From a virus (lineage: Duplodnaviria > Caudoviricetes), in the IMG/VR virus record IMGVR_UViG_3300025418_000293, positions 1 through 52,733 of that record: DNA of 52,733 bases. One strand, given 5' to 3'. Below the pieces are notes generated by a model, which worked only from the letters and a program-made list of their open reading frames with translations, was not told the DNA's origin and ran no database searches. The position numbers and the translations under genes are program-made. Positions within the stretch are counted from its first letter, which is position 1; the number at the start of each line of letters is the position of its first letter. Positions 7,248-16,134 of the stretch are shown one piece after another.

Positions 7248-9868
7248 TCAGTCGCTCCTGGTTCTGGCTTGTTCTCAGCCGCTTGCTTGGCCAAGTCCAT
7301 CTGCAACCTAGCTTTCTGTGCAGTGGCTAACAAGTCAGTCAAATGTTTCTGTTTGGTCTGCACTTGCTTTTGGTTTTGGTTGCGCGAATTCAAAGCCAAC
7401 TCCTGTTGCTTTGTTTGTGCACTATGTGCTAACTCCTGCTGCTGAGTCTGCTCGTTGTGCATCATCTGCTGCTGGTGCTGTTGTTGAGCTTGTTGCATCT
7501 GCTGCTGAGCCTGCTGCATCTCCATGGCGTGGCGTTGCGCCATCATCTCTGGAGTCTCGCCTAACTTGCTCTGAAGTTCTTGCGCTTTCAACTGCAACTC
7601 CTGCTGTTTAATCTGCAGCTCGCCTTGAACCTTTTGCTGACTGATCTGAACTTCTTGTTGCTTGATTTGCAACTCAGCTTGCTGCATCTGGATGAGCGGG
7701 TCTTGCGCTTGTTGCAAGGCTTGTTGCTGCGCAGTTTTCTGCTGATTAAGTTGTAACAACTGTGTGCTAGCTTGTGCAACCAACTGAGACAATTGAACCT
7801 CAACTTGCTCTGGCATATCTTCATCAGGTGGTGGCAACAACACACCCAACTGCTCTTGCAATTTCTGTCTATACAAAAACGCAAGATGCTGCGCAATATG
7901 GGCATTTACTGCCGCAGACATCTGCTGAGCCATCGGGTTCTGCCCAATTTGCTGAGCAATCATTGGGTCTTGCAAGAACGTTGTGTGCACTGCAATGTGC
8001 GCATCGTGATCCTGATAGATAAACGCTTTAGTCGGCGAGCCATTCAAGAACGCCATGTTCTCTGATACTGGGTCACGCGGTTTTTGATCCTCGTCAATCG
8101 GCACGAGCTTCTCTGCGTTCGGAACACCCAAGACATCAATCATCTGTCTGTGCAACTGCGCCAAGTTATAAATCTGCGGAGCCTGCGCCGACATCTGCAT
8201 CACAGCTTGGTATTGCATGATGCGTTGAGCCATCGTCGATGTATTGGGATCGCTAACGGGTATGACATCCACCATGTCATAGTCTTCCCTCTTAGCACTC
8301 TTCTTGGCCATGACTGGCTCATAGTCATAAGAGCTTGGGGTGTGATCTCTTATGATTTCTTTGAGTAACTTAAACTCTTCCTTCATCGAGTTGTGCACGC
8401 GAGCTTGCACAGCGCCCATCACTTTGAGTTGCCTCTCCAACAGCGCCAGTGTTGTACCCACAGGAGCTTGGCTCGACATGTCGCTGACCTTCATGTCGGC
8501 GATCGATCCCAATCTTCTAGCTTCGTCGGTGATTTGATTCAAAAGAGCCAACAAAACTTGTGACGGCTCCTTATAGGGAAGCGTCATGATGTTGTCTTTG
8601 ATCGCGCCGCTTGGCACATCAACATCCCTGAACTCTCCTGGGGCGATTGGTGTATCGTCACCCTTGACACGCAAGCCGCGAGATTTTAGCCCACCTGGTA
8701 GGTTAGATAAAGTTCCCGCGTCAACAAGCTGTCTAATGATCGATGTGCCCGCACGCGCGTAGCCACCAATGATATGAATCAAACCCATACCATAAGCACC
8801 GAACCCAGGAATATAACAATAGTCTACAAAGTGATTTCTCTTTTGCTTAAACTCTGTTTTCTTTTCTTCATTCCAATTCTCATAGATTGACAAAACTTTA
8901 TTTGTCCCTCTGTCGATCGAGATAATGTAAGGCTCTGCAACCTCAACATCTTTTTCTCGCTCAGACTTATCAAGCAGCCAATCAATCTGCACTTCATAAA
9001 TCTGATAACGATCATCATCGGTCAGTGAGTAGCCTTCGTCTTCGGCTTTTTTCTTTTCGATATCTGTGTAAAGTTGTTGTGGCTCGCCTAGTTCTATCTC
9101 TCTATAAAAACCTGCGGCTTGTAACTTCTTAATTTCATTTTTGGTCTTACGCATCATGTGAGTGACACGCTCTGCGTTCCTCACACCACTCGTACCATGA
9201 GGAATGATTACATCTTCTGCAGGTACAAACATCGACACCTGCCGACCAAGCCCTGGATCAAAATAAATTTTCTTGAACGCCGATCCCGCAAGCCCCAAAT
9301 TAAAGAGCATCTTCTCATGCTCCATCCTATACTCGGGCATCACCTCAGTCAGCTCATAGTTCATGTCTTCTTGGACACGTCTAGCAGCTTCTTGTTTCAC
9401 CTTATCAATAGCGCCAATGATCTCAGTCTTGACTGGGCCCGCTGGAGGAAACGTTTCCATGATAGATTCAGCCTGGAACCTAATCGCAGCTTCTGTTAAG
9501 ACAGTGCTATAAACTCCACAAGCTCCATTCCAAGGCTCAGTGCGCTCTTCATACTTCATCCCAAGCACTTCTAGACCCTTAACATAGGTCTCAACCCAGT
9601 CTTTTCTGGACGAAATATCGGCTTCAATGAGCCCAACAATCTCGCCCGCCATGCTCTGTAATTCGCTTTCAGACATGTCTTCGGCAAGATTTTTGCTCCT
9701 TTTTGGCCCTTTTTCGGGTATTAAAGTGATCTCAACTGACCCATCTGCCATGTGTACAGCGTCAGGATTCTCTATTTCTATCTCCAAATCGGAGTCATCG
9801 CCAGGGTTTTGACCCATTAAACTGGGCATTCCCTGGGAATAAAGCGCTTTATCTACGTTGGTTGCCAT
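7244..9868 (-). CDS. Portal protein (podovirus type) with Gln-rich C-terminal barrel
   Basis: 874 aa near terminase; GSAFKKIYFD, YGMGLIH and RQLVDAGTLSNLPGG motifs; Q-rich coiled tail. Confidence 0.88.
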   Translation of the reverse strand: MATNVDKALYSQGMPSLMGQNPGDDSDLEIEIENPDAVHMADGSVEITLIPEKGPKRSKNLAEDMSESELQSMAGEIVGLIEADISSRKDWVETYVKGLEVLGMKYEERTEPWNGACGVYSTVLTEAAIRFQAESIMETFPPAGPVKTEIIGAIDKVKQEAARRVQEDMNYELTEVMPEYRMEHEKMLFNLGLAGSAFKKIYFDPGLGRQVSMFVPAEDVIIPHGTSGVRNAERVTHMMRKTKNEIKKLQAAGFYREIELGEPQQLYTDIEKKKAEDEGYSLTDDDRYQIYEVQIDWLLDKSEREKDVEVAEPYIISIDRGTNKVLSIYENWNEEKKTEFKQKRNHFVDYCYIPGFGAYGMGLIHIIGGYARAGTSIIRQLVDAGTLSNLPGGLKSRGLRVKGDDTPIAPGEFRDVDVPSGAIKDNIMTLPYKEPSQVLLALLNQITDEARRLGSIADMKVSDMSSQAPVGTTLALLERQLKVMGAVQARVHNSMKEEFKLLKEIIRDHTPSSYDYEPVMAKKSAKREDYDMVDVIPVSDPNTSTMAQRIMQYQAVMQMSAQAPQIYNLAQLHRQMIDVLGVPNAEKLVPIDEDQKPRDPVSENMAFLNGSPTKAFIYQDHDAHIAVHTTFLQDPMIAQQIGQNPMAQQMSAAVNAHIAQHLAFLYRQKLQEQLGVLLPPPDEDMPEQVEVQLSQLVAQASTQLLQLNQQKTAQQQALQQAQDPLIQMQQAELQIKQQEVQISQQKVQGELQIKQQELQLKAQELQSKLGETPEMMAQRHAMEMQQAQQQMQQAQQQHQQQMMHNEQTQQQELAHSAQTKQQELALNSRNQNQKQVQTKQKHLTDLLATAQKARLQMDLAKQAAENKPEPGATE

Positions 9869-9877
9869 GATTTATCC

Positions 9878-10684
9878 TTAAATTAACTTGCTGTTGCCCT
9901 TGATGGGCTTGTCTACTAAGCCGCCACGCTTGAAAACCTGGTTTCCCATGACGTCTACAGCGGGTTGATTTGAATTATCAGGCGAATTTGCTTGGTCTGT
10001 TGGTTGTTTTACGTCAGGTGTTGTCAAATCTACGGCAGGTTTAGATGGATCCACGTTGGGTGTATTGGCTTCTAGCTGATCGTTGTAGTGATCGGCAATA
10101 AAGTCCAACATCTCTTGGTTCTTTGGATGCGTAGCAGCGTAGCTTTCTGCGTTGGAGTCCGCCGCGTATTTCCTGGCTTTGGGGCCCGCGCCATTCCACA
10201 CCTCTAAAAATTGTTTTTTGCGTCTACCTGCTGTCTCTGATTTACCATAAATAGCAGCGGCAAACTTAGCGGCGTCGTCGTCGTGCCCGTTGCCAACCAA
10301 GTTCTTGTATATCTCAACTTGCTTTTTATTAGCAACATCCATGGCGTTGTAGTTTGTGCCGAAATCATCCCGACCTTCGTGCAGCGCCATGTTTGTTAAT
10401 TGTTCTGGAGTTAATTTAGGCACGCCAAAATGTGTGCCAGCCGCCGCGGCTCTCACAAAAGTCTCCATGGTGGGCGCATGAAACTTCGTAGGCAGGGTTT
10501 CCATCCTGTCTTTTGCACCAAACTTATTCTGCGGGTTTGCTCTATACCCCTGTATAAATTTAGCCTGCCCAGATGAGATGGGAATCGGGGTTGGTGTAAC
10601 GGGCGCTATATCCTCTGGGTCAACAGCATCCACCATAGGTTTCAACAGAGGTATCGAAGCCAATAAATCTCGTAAGCCAGCCAT
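9878..10684 (-). CDS. Hypothetical protein, possible lysozyme/transglycosylase-like fold
   Basis: LTNMALHEGR-DDFG and WNGAGPKARKY resemble lysozyme-superfamily motifs; C-terminal FKRGG. Confidence 0.5.
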   Translation of the reverse strand: MAGLRDLLASIPLLKPMVDAVDPEDIAPVTPTPIPISSGQAKFIQGYRANPQNKFGAKDRMETLPTKFHAPTMETFVRAAAAGTHFGVPKLTPEQLTNMALHEGRDDFGTNYNAMDVANKKQVEIYKNLVGNGHDDDAAKFAAAIYGKSETAGRRKKQFLEVWNGAGPKARKYAADSNAESYAATHPKNQEMLDFIADHYNDQLEANTPNVDPSKPAVDLTTPDVKQPTDQANSPDNSNQPAVDVMGNQVFKRGGLVDKPIKGNSKLI

Positions 10685-10692
10685 ATCCTGTC

Positions 10693-12225
10693 CTAGTAGA
10701 AGACCGCGTTGCGGCGTTTAAAGTATTGTTGTTCTTCAGGCTCATCAATTGGCAGCCTCAAAAACCCACCTTGTCGGAACCGCATCAGCGCTAAAGTCGT
10801 TGCATCAACCAAGTCATCGTGTTCCCCAGATGGGAAAGCAGCTATTTCGTCAACCAATTCTTCAGCCCAGCGTGTTCGTGGCAGATAAACTTTGCCAGAC
10901 GCAATGATATCCGACACTGAGTTCAAGCGGGCAATTTTGTCTTGGCCCCTACTGGGCGTATATTCCTGCACGGGAATACCCATGGCGCGCAACTCATAGA
11001 TCAACGGAGCACCTGTGGCTTTCTTTTCCACGAGTAGCCCATCAGGTTCCCACTCGTTGTACTCCGCCAGCACATCTTTCTTTAACTCTACCCACTCAAC
11101 ACGCTTCTTATAAGTATTAAGTAATATGATATGTGGCTTACTTCTGTCTTCATCTTTATAGAATATCCCCCACGTCGTGCCCGCTGAATAGTCAGCACGC
11201 TGGTTCTTTTCAAATGCAGTATCCCATGTCTGCAAAATGTAATCGCAAGGAGGCGGCACTTCATCTTCCCACCACTGCCACCAATCCCGTTTAACAATCG
11301 CACTCTCATTACCCACTGGGTTTTGCTGATACTGTGCTTGCCACTTACTATTTGGCAACTCATCTCTCAGAGCTTCCAATTCAGGCAGTGACCAAAACTC
11401 TGGCCATACGGGTTTACCCGAAGGCATAATGGCAGGAAACTCAATCACCTCCCATTGTTCTCCGCCACGGGCGGCGGCAGCTTTGAGCACTTGCCCTGTC
11501 AAATCCCGCATCGCCCAGCGCGTCATCACAATCACAATAGCTCCGCCTGGTTGTAGACGTTGACGCGGGCCAGACGTATACCACTCGTACACTTTATCAA
11601 AGACATCTGGGTTACTCGCAGCCAGCGCGGCTTCTTGTTCAGAGTGCGGATCGTCAATGATCAAAAGGTTTGCACCCTTACCTGTAACTGTACCGCCAAC
11701 ACCAATAGCAAAATAATCACCACCCTTGGAAGTGTTCCAGCGGCCCGCTGCTTTGGAATCTTGCTGTAATTGCAAATTGGGAAATATTCCTTTGTAGACT
11801 TCTGAGTCAACTAGGTTCCTAACTTTCCTACCGAATCCAACTGCCAGCTCTCCAGTATTGGAGGATTGGATAACTTTTTTATGGGGGAATCTACCCAGAA
11901 ACCAAGCAGGGAGCAAGTAAGAAGCGAATTCTGACTTAGTATGTCGCGGAGGCATATTAATAATAAGCCTTTTAGTTTCTCCATTCGCGACCCTTTCAAA
12001 AGCCTTCGCCATGATTTTGTGGTGTCGCCCAGATATAAACTCTGGCCAGACTTGATGCACAAAACCCATAAACGTATTTTGCGCAAGCTCTTTCTCCATC
12101 ATCTTCTCACGATGCTCTAGATCGCGGAGGATTTGTTCTTTCTTAGATTGGGGCAGTTTGTCTAGCTGCGCTAAGAGCAGCTTAAATTCAGGATCAAGGG
12201 TTTCTACCAATTGATCATCCCTCAT
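10693..12225 (-). CDS. terL: Terminase large subunit
   Basis: INMPPRHTKS Walker A-like, LLIIDDPH Walker B, VMTRW, QTWDTA and FPSGEHDDLVDA nuclease motifs; start taken at ATG 12225. Confidence 0.95.
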   Translation of the reverse strand: MRDDQLVETLDPEFKLLLAQLDKLPQSKKEQILRDLEHREKMMEKELAQNTFMGFVHQVWPEFISGRHHKIMAKAFERVANGETKRLIINMPPRHTKSEFASYLLPAWFLGRFPHKKVIQSSNTGELAVGFGRKVRNLVDSEVYKGIFPNLQLQQDSKAAGRWNTSKGGDYFAIGVGGTVTGKGANLLIIDDPHSEQEAALAASNPDVFDKVYEWYTSGPRQRLQPGGAIVIVMTRWAMRDLTGQVLKAAAARGGEQWEVIEFPAIMPSGKPVWPEFWSLPELEALRDELPNSKWQAQYQQNPVGNESAIVKRDWWQWWEDEVPPPCDYILQTWDTAFEKNQRADYSAGTTWGIFYKDEDRSKPHIILLNTYKKRVEWVELKKDVLAEYNEWEPDGLLVEKKATGAPLIYELRAMGIPVQEYTPSRGQDKIARLNSVSDIIASGKVYLPRTRWAEELVDEIAAFPSGEHDDLVDATTLALMRFRQGGFLRLPIDEPEEQQYFKRRNAVFY

Positions 12226-12943
12226 AGGAATTTTCCTCTGAAGGTTTATTTTCAATAACTAGGGTTTCCTCTAATTCCTCTTTAACATCTAGATCAATGG
12301 TGGTGACCTCTTGGGCATGCAGTCTCATCATCTTTCTGATCTTATCCTTGATGGCGTTGTCTATATCATTGACCGAGTTATACGTCACAGTAATTTCAGT
12401 CTTCTCAGTGAATAAGCCAACGTCGGATACTTTACCCAATAGCTCAGTTGCCTTGATCTCAATCCGTGGGTCACCGCACATTGTTAGATCAAGCAGTTTA
12501 TTAATAGTCACTTGGCGTAGCTCGGCGGCATCAGCGACTATCTGGCTGTTGTACTCCTGCAGCATGGAACCAATTCGTTCGGCGACAGAACGTTTCTCTA
12601 GCTCTCGGGGATTAGCAGATGGTTTTGGTTCTTTTCGTTTCTTTGGCTTCTCGGCCATCGCATCTTCGTATTGTTGCTTAGCCAGCGTTGCGAAGTCCTC
12701 AAATACTTTGTCCGCTTCTTGCTGGGCAGTGGGATCTGTTTCTATTGTGGTGCCTTCTAGTTCACCGCCCTCCAATTCGCTGAGCCCGCGTAGCAGCGCC
12801 GCCGTGTTGGCAGCGATCTGCATATTTTCACGAAGAGTAGAAGCAACCTCTGGCGCTGCAGAAGTTGGATATGGAACCGTATGTTCGGGGTGAAGAGGTA
12901 TAGCCATGGAGGAAAGTGGGCACTCCAAAAAAGATGTTTGCAT
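12215..12943 (-). CDS. terS: Putative terminase small subunit
   Basis: Directly upstream of and overlapping terL; IKATELLGKVSDVGLFTEK motif; start may be 12907. Confidence 0.65.
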   Translation of the reverse strand: MQTSFLECPLSSMAIPLHPEHTVPYPTSAAPEVASTLRENMQIAANTAALLRGLSELEGGELEGTTIETDPTAQQEADKVFEDFATLAKQQYEDAMAEKPKKRKEPKPSANPRELEKRSVAERIGSMLQEYNSQIVADAAELRQVTINKLLDLTMCGDPRIEIKATELLGKVSDVGLFTEKTEITVTYNSVNDIDNAIKDKIRKMMRLHAQEVTTIDLDVKEELEETLVIENKPSEENSYEG

Positions 12944-13141
12944 TGTAGCAGCATGGAACCAAAAAATGCAAGGGGGGTGTTTTTGGTAGTACCTTTTTAG
13001 TGACGGGGGGTGTTTTTTAAAATTTGCTGATCAATTGTACGGAATACTGTGTATGTGTGCGGGGTGTACCTTTCCCGCAGTTTGGGGGGTGCCCAGGTAG
13101 TGGGGGTCGCCGTGTCCCCGAATTTTTTTCTCTATCGTCAA

Positions 13142-13223
13142 AGGTCTAGTCGGAGAAGATCGTTTTTATTTTCGAGGTTTAGTCGGAGAAGATCGTTTTT
13201 ATTTTCGAGGTTTAGTCGGAGAA
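13142..13223 (+). repeat. 33-bp tandem repeat, about 2.5 copies
   Basis: AGGT(C/T)TAGTCGGAGAAGATCGTTTTTATTTTCG at 13142 and 13175, partial copy at 13208. Confidence 0.95.
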
Positions 13224-13329
13224 AAGCGAAATTTTTTTTCTGGTGCTTTGTTACCCTGTGTGGAATTTTCCCCTGCTTTCTGTGGTTATGTCATACTAAA
13301 CACATGGGGAAATTGATTGCTTCCCCGTC

Positions 13330-13358
13330 GGAAACATCGACACAATGTCGATTGTTCC
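13330..13358. promoter_or_regulatory. Dyad site copy 1
   Basis: GGAA-ACA-TCGACA-CAA-TGTCGA-TTG-TTCC. Confidence 0.85.
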
Positions 13359-13397
13359 GTGAGCGTTTTGCTCGTTCCTTTATTTGGAGAATTAATC

Positions 13398-14054
13398 ATG
13401 ACTAAAAATCAAAACCCTGTTGCATCGGCTACGGCTGTTGTTGTTCAAACCATTGCGGGCAAACCTGCTATCGAGTTGCAAGATACGATCTTCACTATCG
13501 GTGAAGAATCGTTGATCGCTGAAAAGAAAATGTCTGAGGGCAAGCAAGCTCTCGATGTGCTCGATGCGAACCTCAACGATATCATCAAGGGCTTGCCTTA
13601 CGCTGAGTTCATGCTTGTTCGTGACTTCTACAAAGCGGGCGTGATCGACAAAGGCGTGAGCGACGATGGTGCTCAGAAACAATGGGAGCGCGCGGTCAAT
13701 CGTTGCGTGTCGACTTTTAATTTCATTAAGCCCAAGTCGCAAAGCGCCGACGCGTTGCGCAAAGCTGAAGCGAAGAAGAAGAAAATCGAAGAGCTCGCAA
13801 AGTTTGACGATGAGAAAATCGAAGAGAAAAAAGCTGAGCTCATTGCGCAGGGTACTGTGCAAGCGTTAAAGCAAGCGCAAGTTATCGCTCAGGAAATCGA
13901 GCGCCGTAACTCTGATGTACTTGAAGCTGAGAAGGCTCGCCGTAAAGAGCAAGCCGAAGCTATCATCAAGCGTATTCGTGAGTTAGTCAAGGCGGGCACG
14001 CCTGATGCTGATGATATCTTGTTTCAGTTGCACGCTATCGCGTCTGTTTATTAA
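13398..14054 (+). CDS. First early gene, helical/coiled-coil hypothetical protein
   Basis: GGAGA RBS before ATG 13398; 218 aa, Ala/Lys/Glu-rich. Confidence 0.85.
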   Translation: MTKNQNPVASATAVVVQTIAGKPAIELQDTIFTIGEESLIAEKKMSEGKQALDVLDANLNDIIKGLPYAEFMLVRDFYKAGVIDKGVSDDGAQKQWERAVNRCVSTFNFIKPKSQSADALRKAEAKKKKIEELAKFDDEKIEEKKAELIAQGTVQALKQAQVIAQEIERRNSDVLEAEKARRKEQAEAIIKRIRELVKAGTPDADDILFQLHAIASVY

Positions 14055-14064
14055 TTAACCTTTG

Positions 14065-14092
14065 GGAAATGTCGACACTTGTCGATGTTTCC
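14065..14092. promoter_or_regulatory. Dyad site copy 2 (2-nt centre variant)
   Basis: GGAA-ATG-TCGACA-CT-TGTCGA-TGT-TTCC. Confidence 0.8.
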
Positions 14093-14115
14093 CTTTTCTT
14101 TATTTGGAATTTATT

Positions 14116-14217
14116 ATGTTTGATTTTAATTCTTTTATGGCGCTCCTTATATTGGCGTGCGGGTTTGTTTTGTTTCTTTGGGCGTTGCTCATTATTTTGG
14201 AGGACTTAATGAAATAG
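14116..14217 (+). CDS. 33-aa single-helix membrane peptide (below the ORF-track cutoff)
   Basis: MFDFNSFMALLILACGFVLFLWALLIILEDLMK; leader TTTATTTGGA shared with the gene at 13398; followed by a terminator. Confidence 0.6.
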   Translation: MFDFNSFMALLILACGFVLFLWALLIILEDLMK

Positions 14218-14237
14218 TTTGCGCTGAGTAAACTCGC

Positions 14238-14277
14238 GCCCGCCTCGGACTTCGGTTCGGGGCGGGCATTTTTTTTT
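14238..14277 (+). terminator. Intrinsic terminator
   Basis: GCCCGCCTCGGAC-TTCG-GTTCGGGGCGGGC then A and T9. Confidence 0.9.
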
Positions 14278-14448
14278 GGCCCGCTTTTTGCTTGGCCGTT
14301 CCGCGCCCTCGCGTGTCGCGCGCGACACCAGTTCCCGTGAAGTAACGTGATAGCTCGTTGCCCAGCGGGCGATGCTTAGCGTGGAGTTTCCCCGCATTCC
14401 CTGATTCTATGTTACCAGTTCCCGAAGCAACGGCCTAGCCCGCGATGC

Positions 14449-14477
14449 GGAACAATCGACACGTTGTCGTTTTTTCC
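14449..14477. promoter_or_regulatory. Dyad site copy 3
   Basis: GGAA-CAA-TCGACA-CGT-TGTCGT-TTT-TTCC. Confidence 0.8.
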
Positions 14478-14639
14478 CAGCCGTGCTCGCGAAGAGTGCT
14501 CGGCTAGTGCAACCGTAGTTAAGCATCAACCTATTCTACAAAATGGATTACGAATGAACGGACTAGCTCAGCGCGGGCCCAGCTAGCTTCGCGGAGGGGT
14601 ATGCACAGAGGGAAAACCCCGTCTGAACGGCCTAGCATA

Positions 14640-15060
14640 TATCGTACCAATAATACATAACGTATCGCTCAAAACGTATATAACGGAGTTTTGAATCTCC
14701 CCAGCAACGTTATGCTCATTTAATGTTATTCTTTTACTAGATCATATGCAGAGGCTCAAATTCTCTAAGTCCTTGTTATATATATATATTTTAATAAAAA
14801 TAATAATAATAGAGTAAAAAATATCAAATATCATAGCCTTTTTTTAGGAATTATGAAGCCCCAAATTTGTCTCCACCCAAACACAGAAAAAGTTGAGAAT
14901 CAGGTGTTTTGACGAAAAATGTTTTTCTTAACCCTTTCATAATTCCGAAAAGTGGTCAATGGTATTTATTATTTATTATCTAAAAATAACAAAAATCTAT
15001 GTATTTCGGGGTAAACCTGTTGACAAACGTAATATACAAAGATAACATATCTAAGCCATA
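14640..15060. other. AT-rich non-coding region, possible replication origin
   Basis: No long ORF; (TA)n run near 14778-14789; A/T tracts; spaced inverted repeat. Confidence 0.4.
15020..15048 (+). promoter_or_regulatory. Sigma70-like promoter
   Basis: TTGACA-17 nt-TAACAT upstream of the gene at 15152. Confidence 0.6.
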
Positions 15061-15151
15061 ACGTTGTTGAACACCCCCAAAACTACCCCCAAAAAGGGTG
15101 GTGTTGGCCACGCGCAACAGTCATTTTACCCACCAACTAGGAGAAACCCTA

Positions 15152-15820
15152 ATGAGAACCGCGAAGTACACCAATGCCGATACCTTGCTCGACAACTGCA
15201 CCATTCATGCCGACACTTGTTGTTGGACATGGCCCGAAGCCAACTTGCCGATCCCGCAGATCAGCCCTACCGCCCCGATGGCGAAGTTGATGGGTACAAA
15301 CTCCGTTACCCGTATTCTTTTCTGCATACTCCGACACCCGCCCGCATGCCGACGTCTGGTGTCCCGTTGCTCCACACCATTCTGTGTTAACCCCTACCAT
15401 CACGCAGAATCCTATAAGGTGTTACGCAAACGCAAACAAATCGAATCCTTGGGTTTGCCTTTTGATACCCCAATCAAAGACACAATTGACCGAAGCGTTT
15501 ATCCTGACGATGATGTGCTTAGATCACTAGTGTTTAAAAACCCAGTATATGTTAAAGCGTTGGGCGAAGCCGCGATGCGGGCAGGGACACATGGCAACAT
15601 GATTAGTAGGAGCGCAACTGCGCCTCGCCCCAAAATAAAGATAGCTATAAAGCGCAATATCGAGAAGCCCGTTCAGCGCGAGCTAAGCGAAGAGGACAAA
15701 AAGCTAGCCGAGATGGATATAGATCAGATATTCGACGCCGTGATGATGAAGAAAAAACGAAAAATGATTGAAGACTGGGATGACAGCTATTCCACCCCTA
15801 AAAACGGCGCAGGTGCTTAA
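15152..15820 (+). CDS. Degenerate HNH / zinc-binding-loop endonuclease-like protein
   Basis: DTCCWTW...RCSTPFCVNPYH pattern; AGGAG RBS before ATG 15152. Confidence 0.65.
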   Translation: MRTAKYTNADTLLDNCTIHADTCCWTWPEANLPIPQISPTAPMAKLMGTNSVTRILFCILRHPPACRRLVSRCSTPFCVNPYHHAESYKVLRKRKQIESLGLPFDTPIKDTIDRSVYPDDDVLRSLVFKNPVYVKALGEAAMRAGTHGNMISRSATAPRPKIKIAIKRNIEKPVQRELSEEDKKLAEMDIDQIFDAVMMKKKRKMIEDWDDSYSTPKNGAGA

Positions 15821-15833
15821 AACCCGACCAAGG

Positions 15834-15864
15834 ACTTGACAAAGTCTAGTTTTTGTGGTATACT
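15834..15864 (+). promoter_or_regulatory. Sigma70-like promoter, shared-motif class (copy A)
   Basis: ACTTGACAAAGTCTAG; TTGACA-17 nt-TATACT with extended TGn. Confidence 0.85.
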
Positions 15865-15918
15865 CTACTATGTAGAGTAAAAACTACAGGGTTATTCATG
15901 CGCAACACAACAACAATC

Positions 15919-15947
15919 GGAATAGTCGACACCATGTCGATTATTCC
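15919..15947. promoter_or_regulatory. Dyad site copy 4
   Basis: GGAA-TAG-TCGACA-CCA-TGTCGA-TTA-TTCC. Confidence 0.85.
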
Positions 15948-15965
15948 CTTCCAAAGGAAAACAAA

Positions 15966-16133
15966 ATGGGAACACCTTACTACCACACCGCCGAGTCTGT
16001 GTTTGAAACAATCAAACGCTACAAAGATCTTCATGGGTTCGAGACCATCGAAGAAGCAATCGAGGACATGGCATCTTGCTATGACGACTTGGATGCTGAA
16101 GACAAGAGTGCATACGATTACACGAGTAATTAA
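15966..16133 (+). CDS. 55-aa acidic hypothetical protein (not in the ORF track)
   Basis: AAAGGA RBS; MGTPYYHTAESVFETIKRYKDLHGFETIEEAIEDMASCYDDLDAEDKSAYDYTSN; stop 1 nt before the next ATG. Confidence 0.75.
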   Translation: MGTPYYHTAESVFETIKRYKDLHGFETIEEAIEDMASCYDDLDAEDKSAYDYTSN

Positions 16134-16134
16134 T

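Noticed and set aside
7244-7760. Gln-rich tract as a separate repeat element
   Set aside because: It is the coding C-terminal coiled coil expected in podovirus portal proteins.
12297-12893. 198-aa plus-strand ORF and similar antisense ORFs (e.g. 6305-6751, 13392-13862, 33584-34102)
   Set aside because: Shadows of well-supported genes on the other strand; Ser-rich or featureless, with no RBS.
13142-13223. 33-bp repeats as a CRISPR array
   Set aside because: Units are directly adjacent with no spacers. The Cas4-like nuclease at 24849 is a normal replication-module exonuclease and no cas operon is present.
13049-13405. 118-aa ORF with repeated SRRRSFLFSRF
   Set aside because: It is the 33-bp repeat read in frame; no RBS, and it overlaps the regulatory region.
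14280-14640. tRNA gene in the GC-rich non-coding stretch
   Set aside because: I could not find a cloverleaf with a TTCRA T-loop and an acceptor stem; tRNAscan-SE or ARAGORN would settle it.
15853-16134. N-terminal extension of the 191-aa ORF
   Set aside because: It runs through a promoter and dyad copy 4. A better ORF with an RBS (15966-16133) occupies another frame, so the zinc-finger gene probably starts at 16135.
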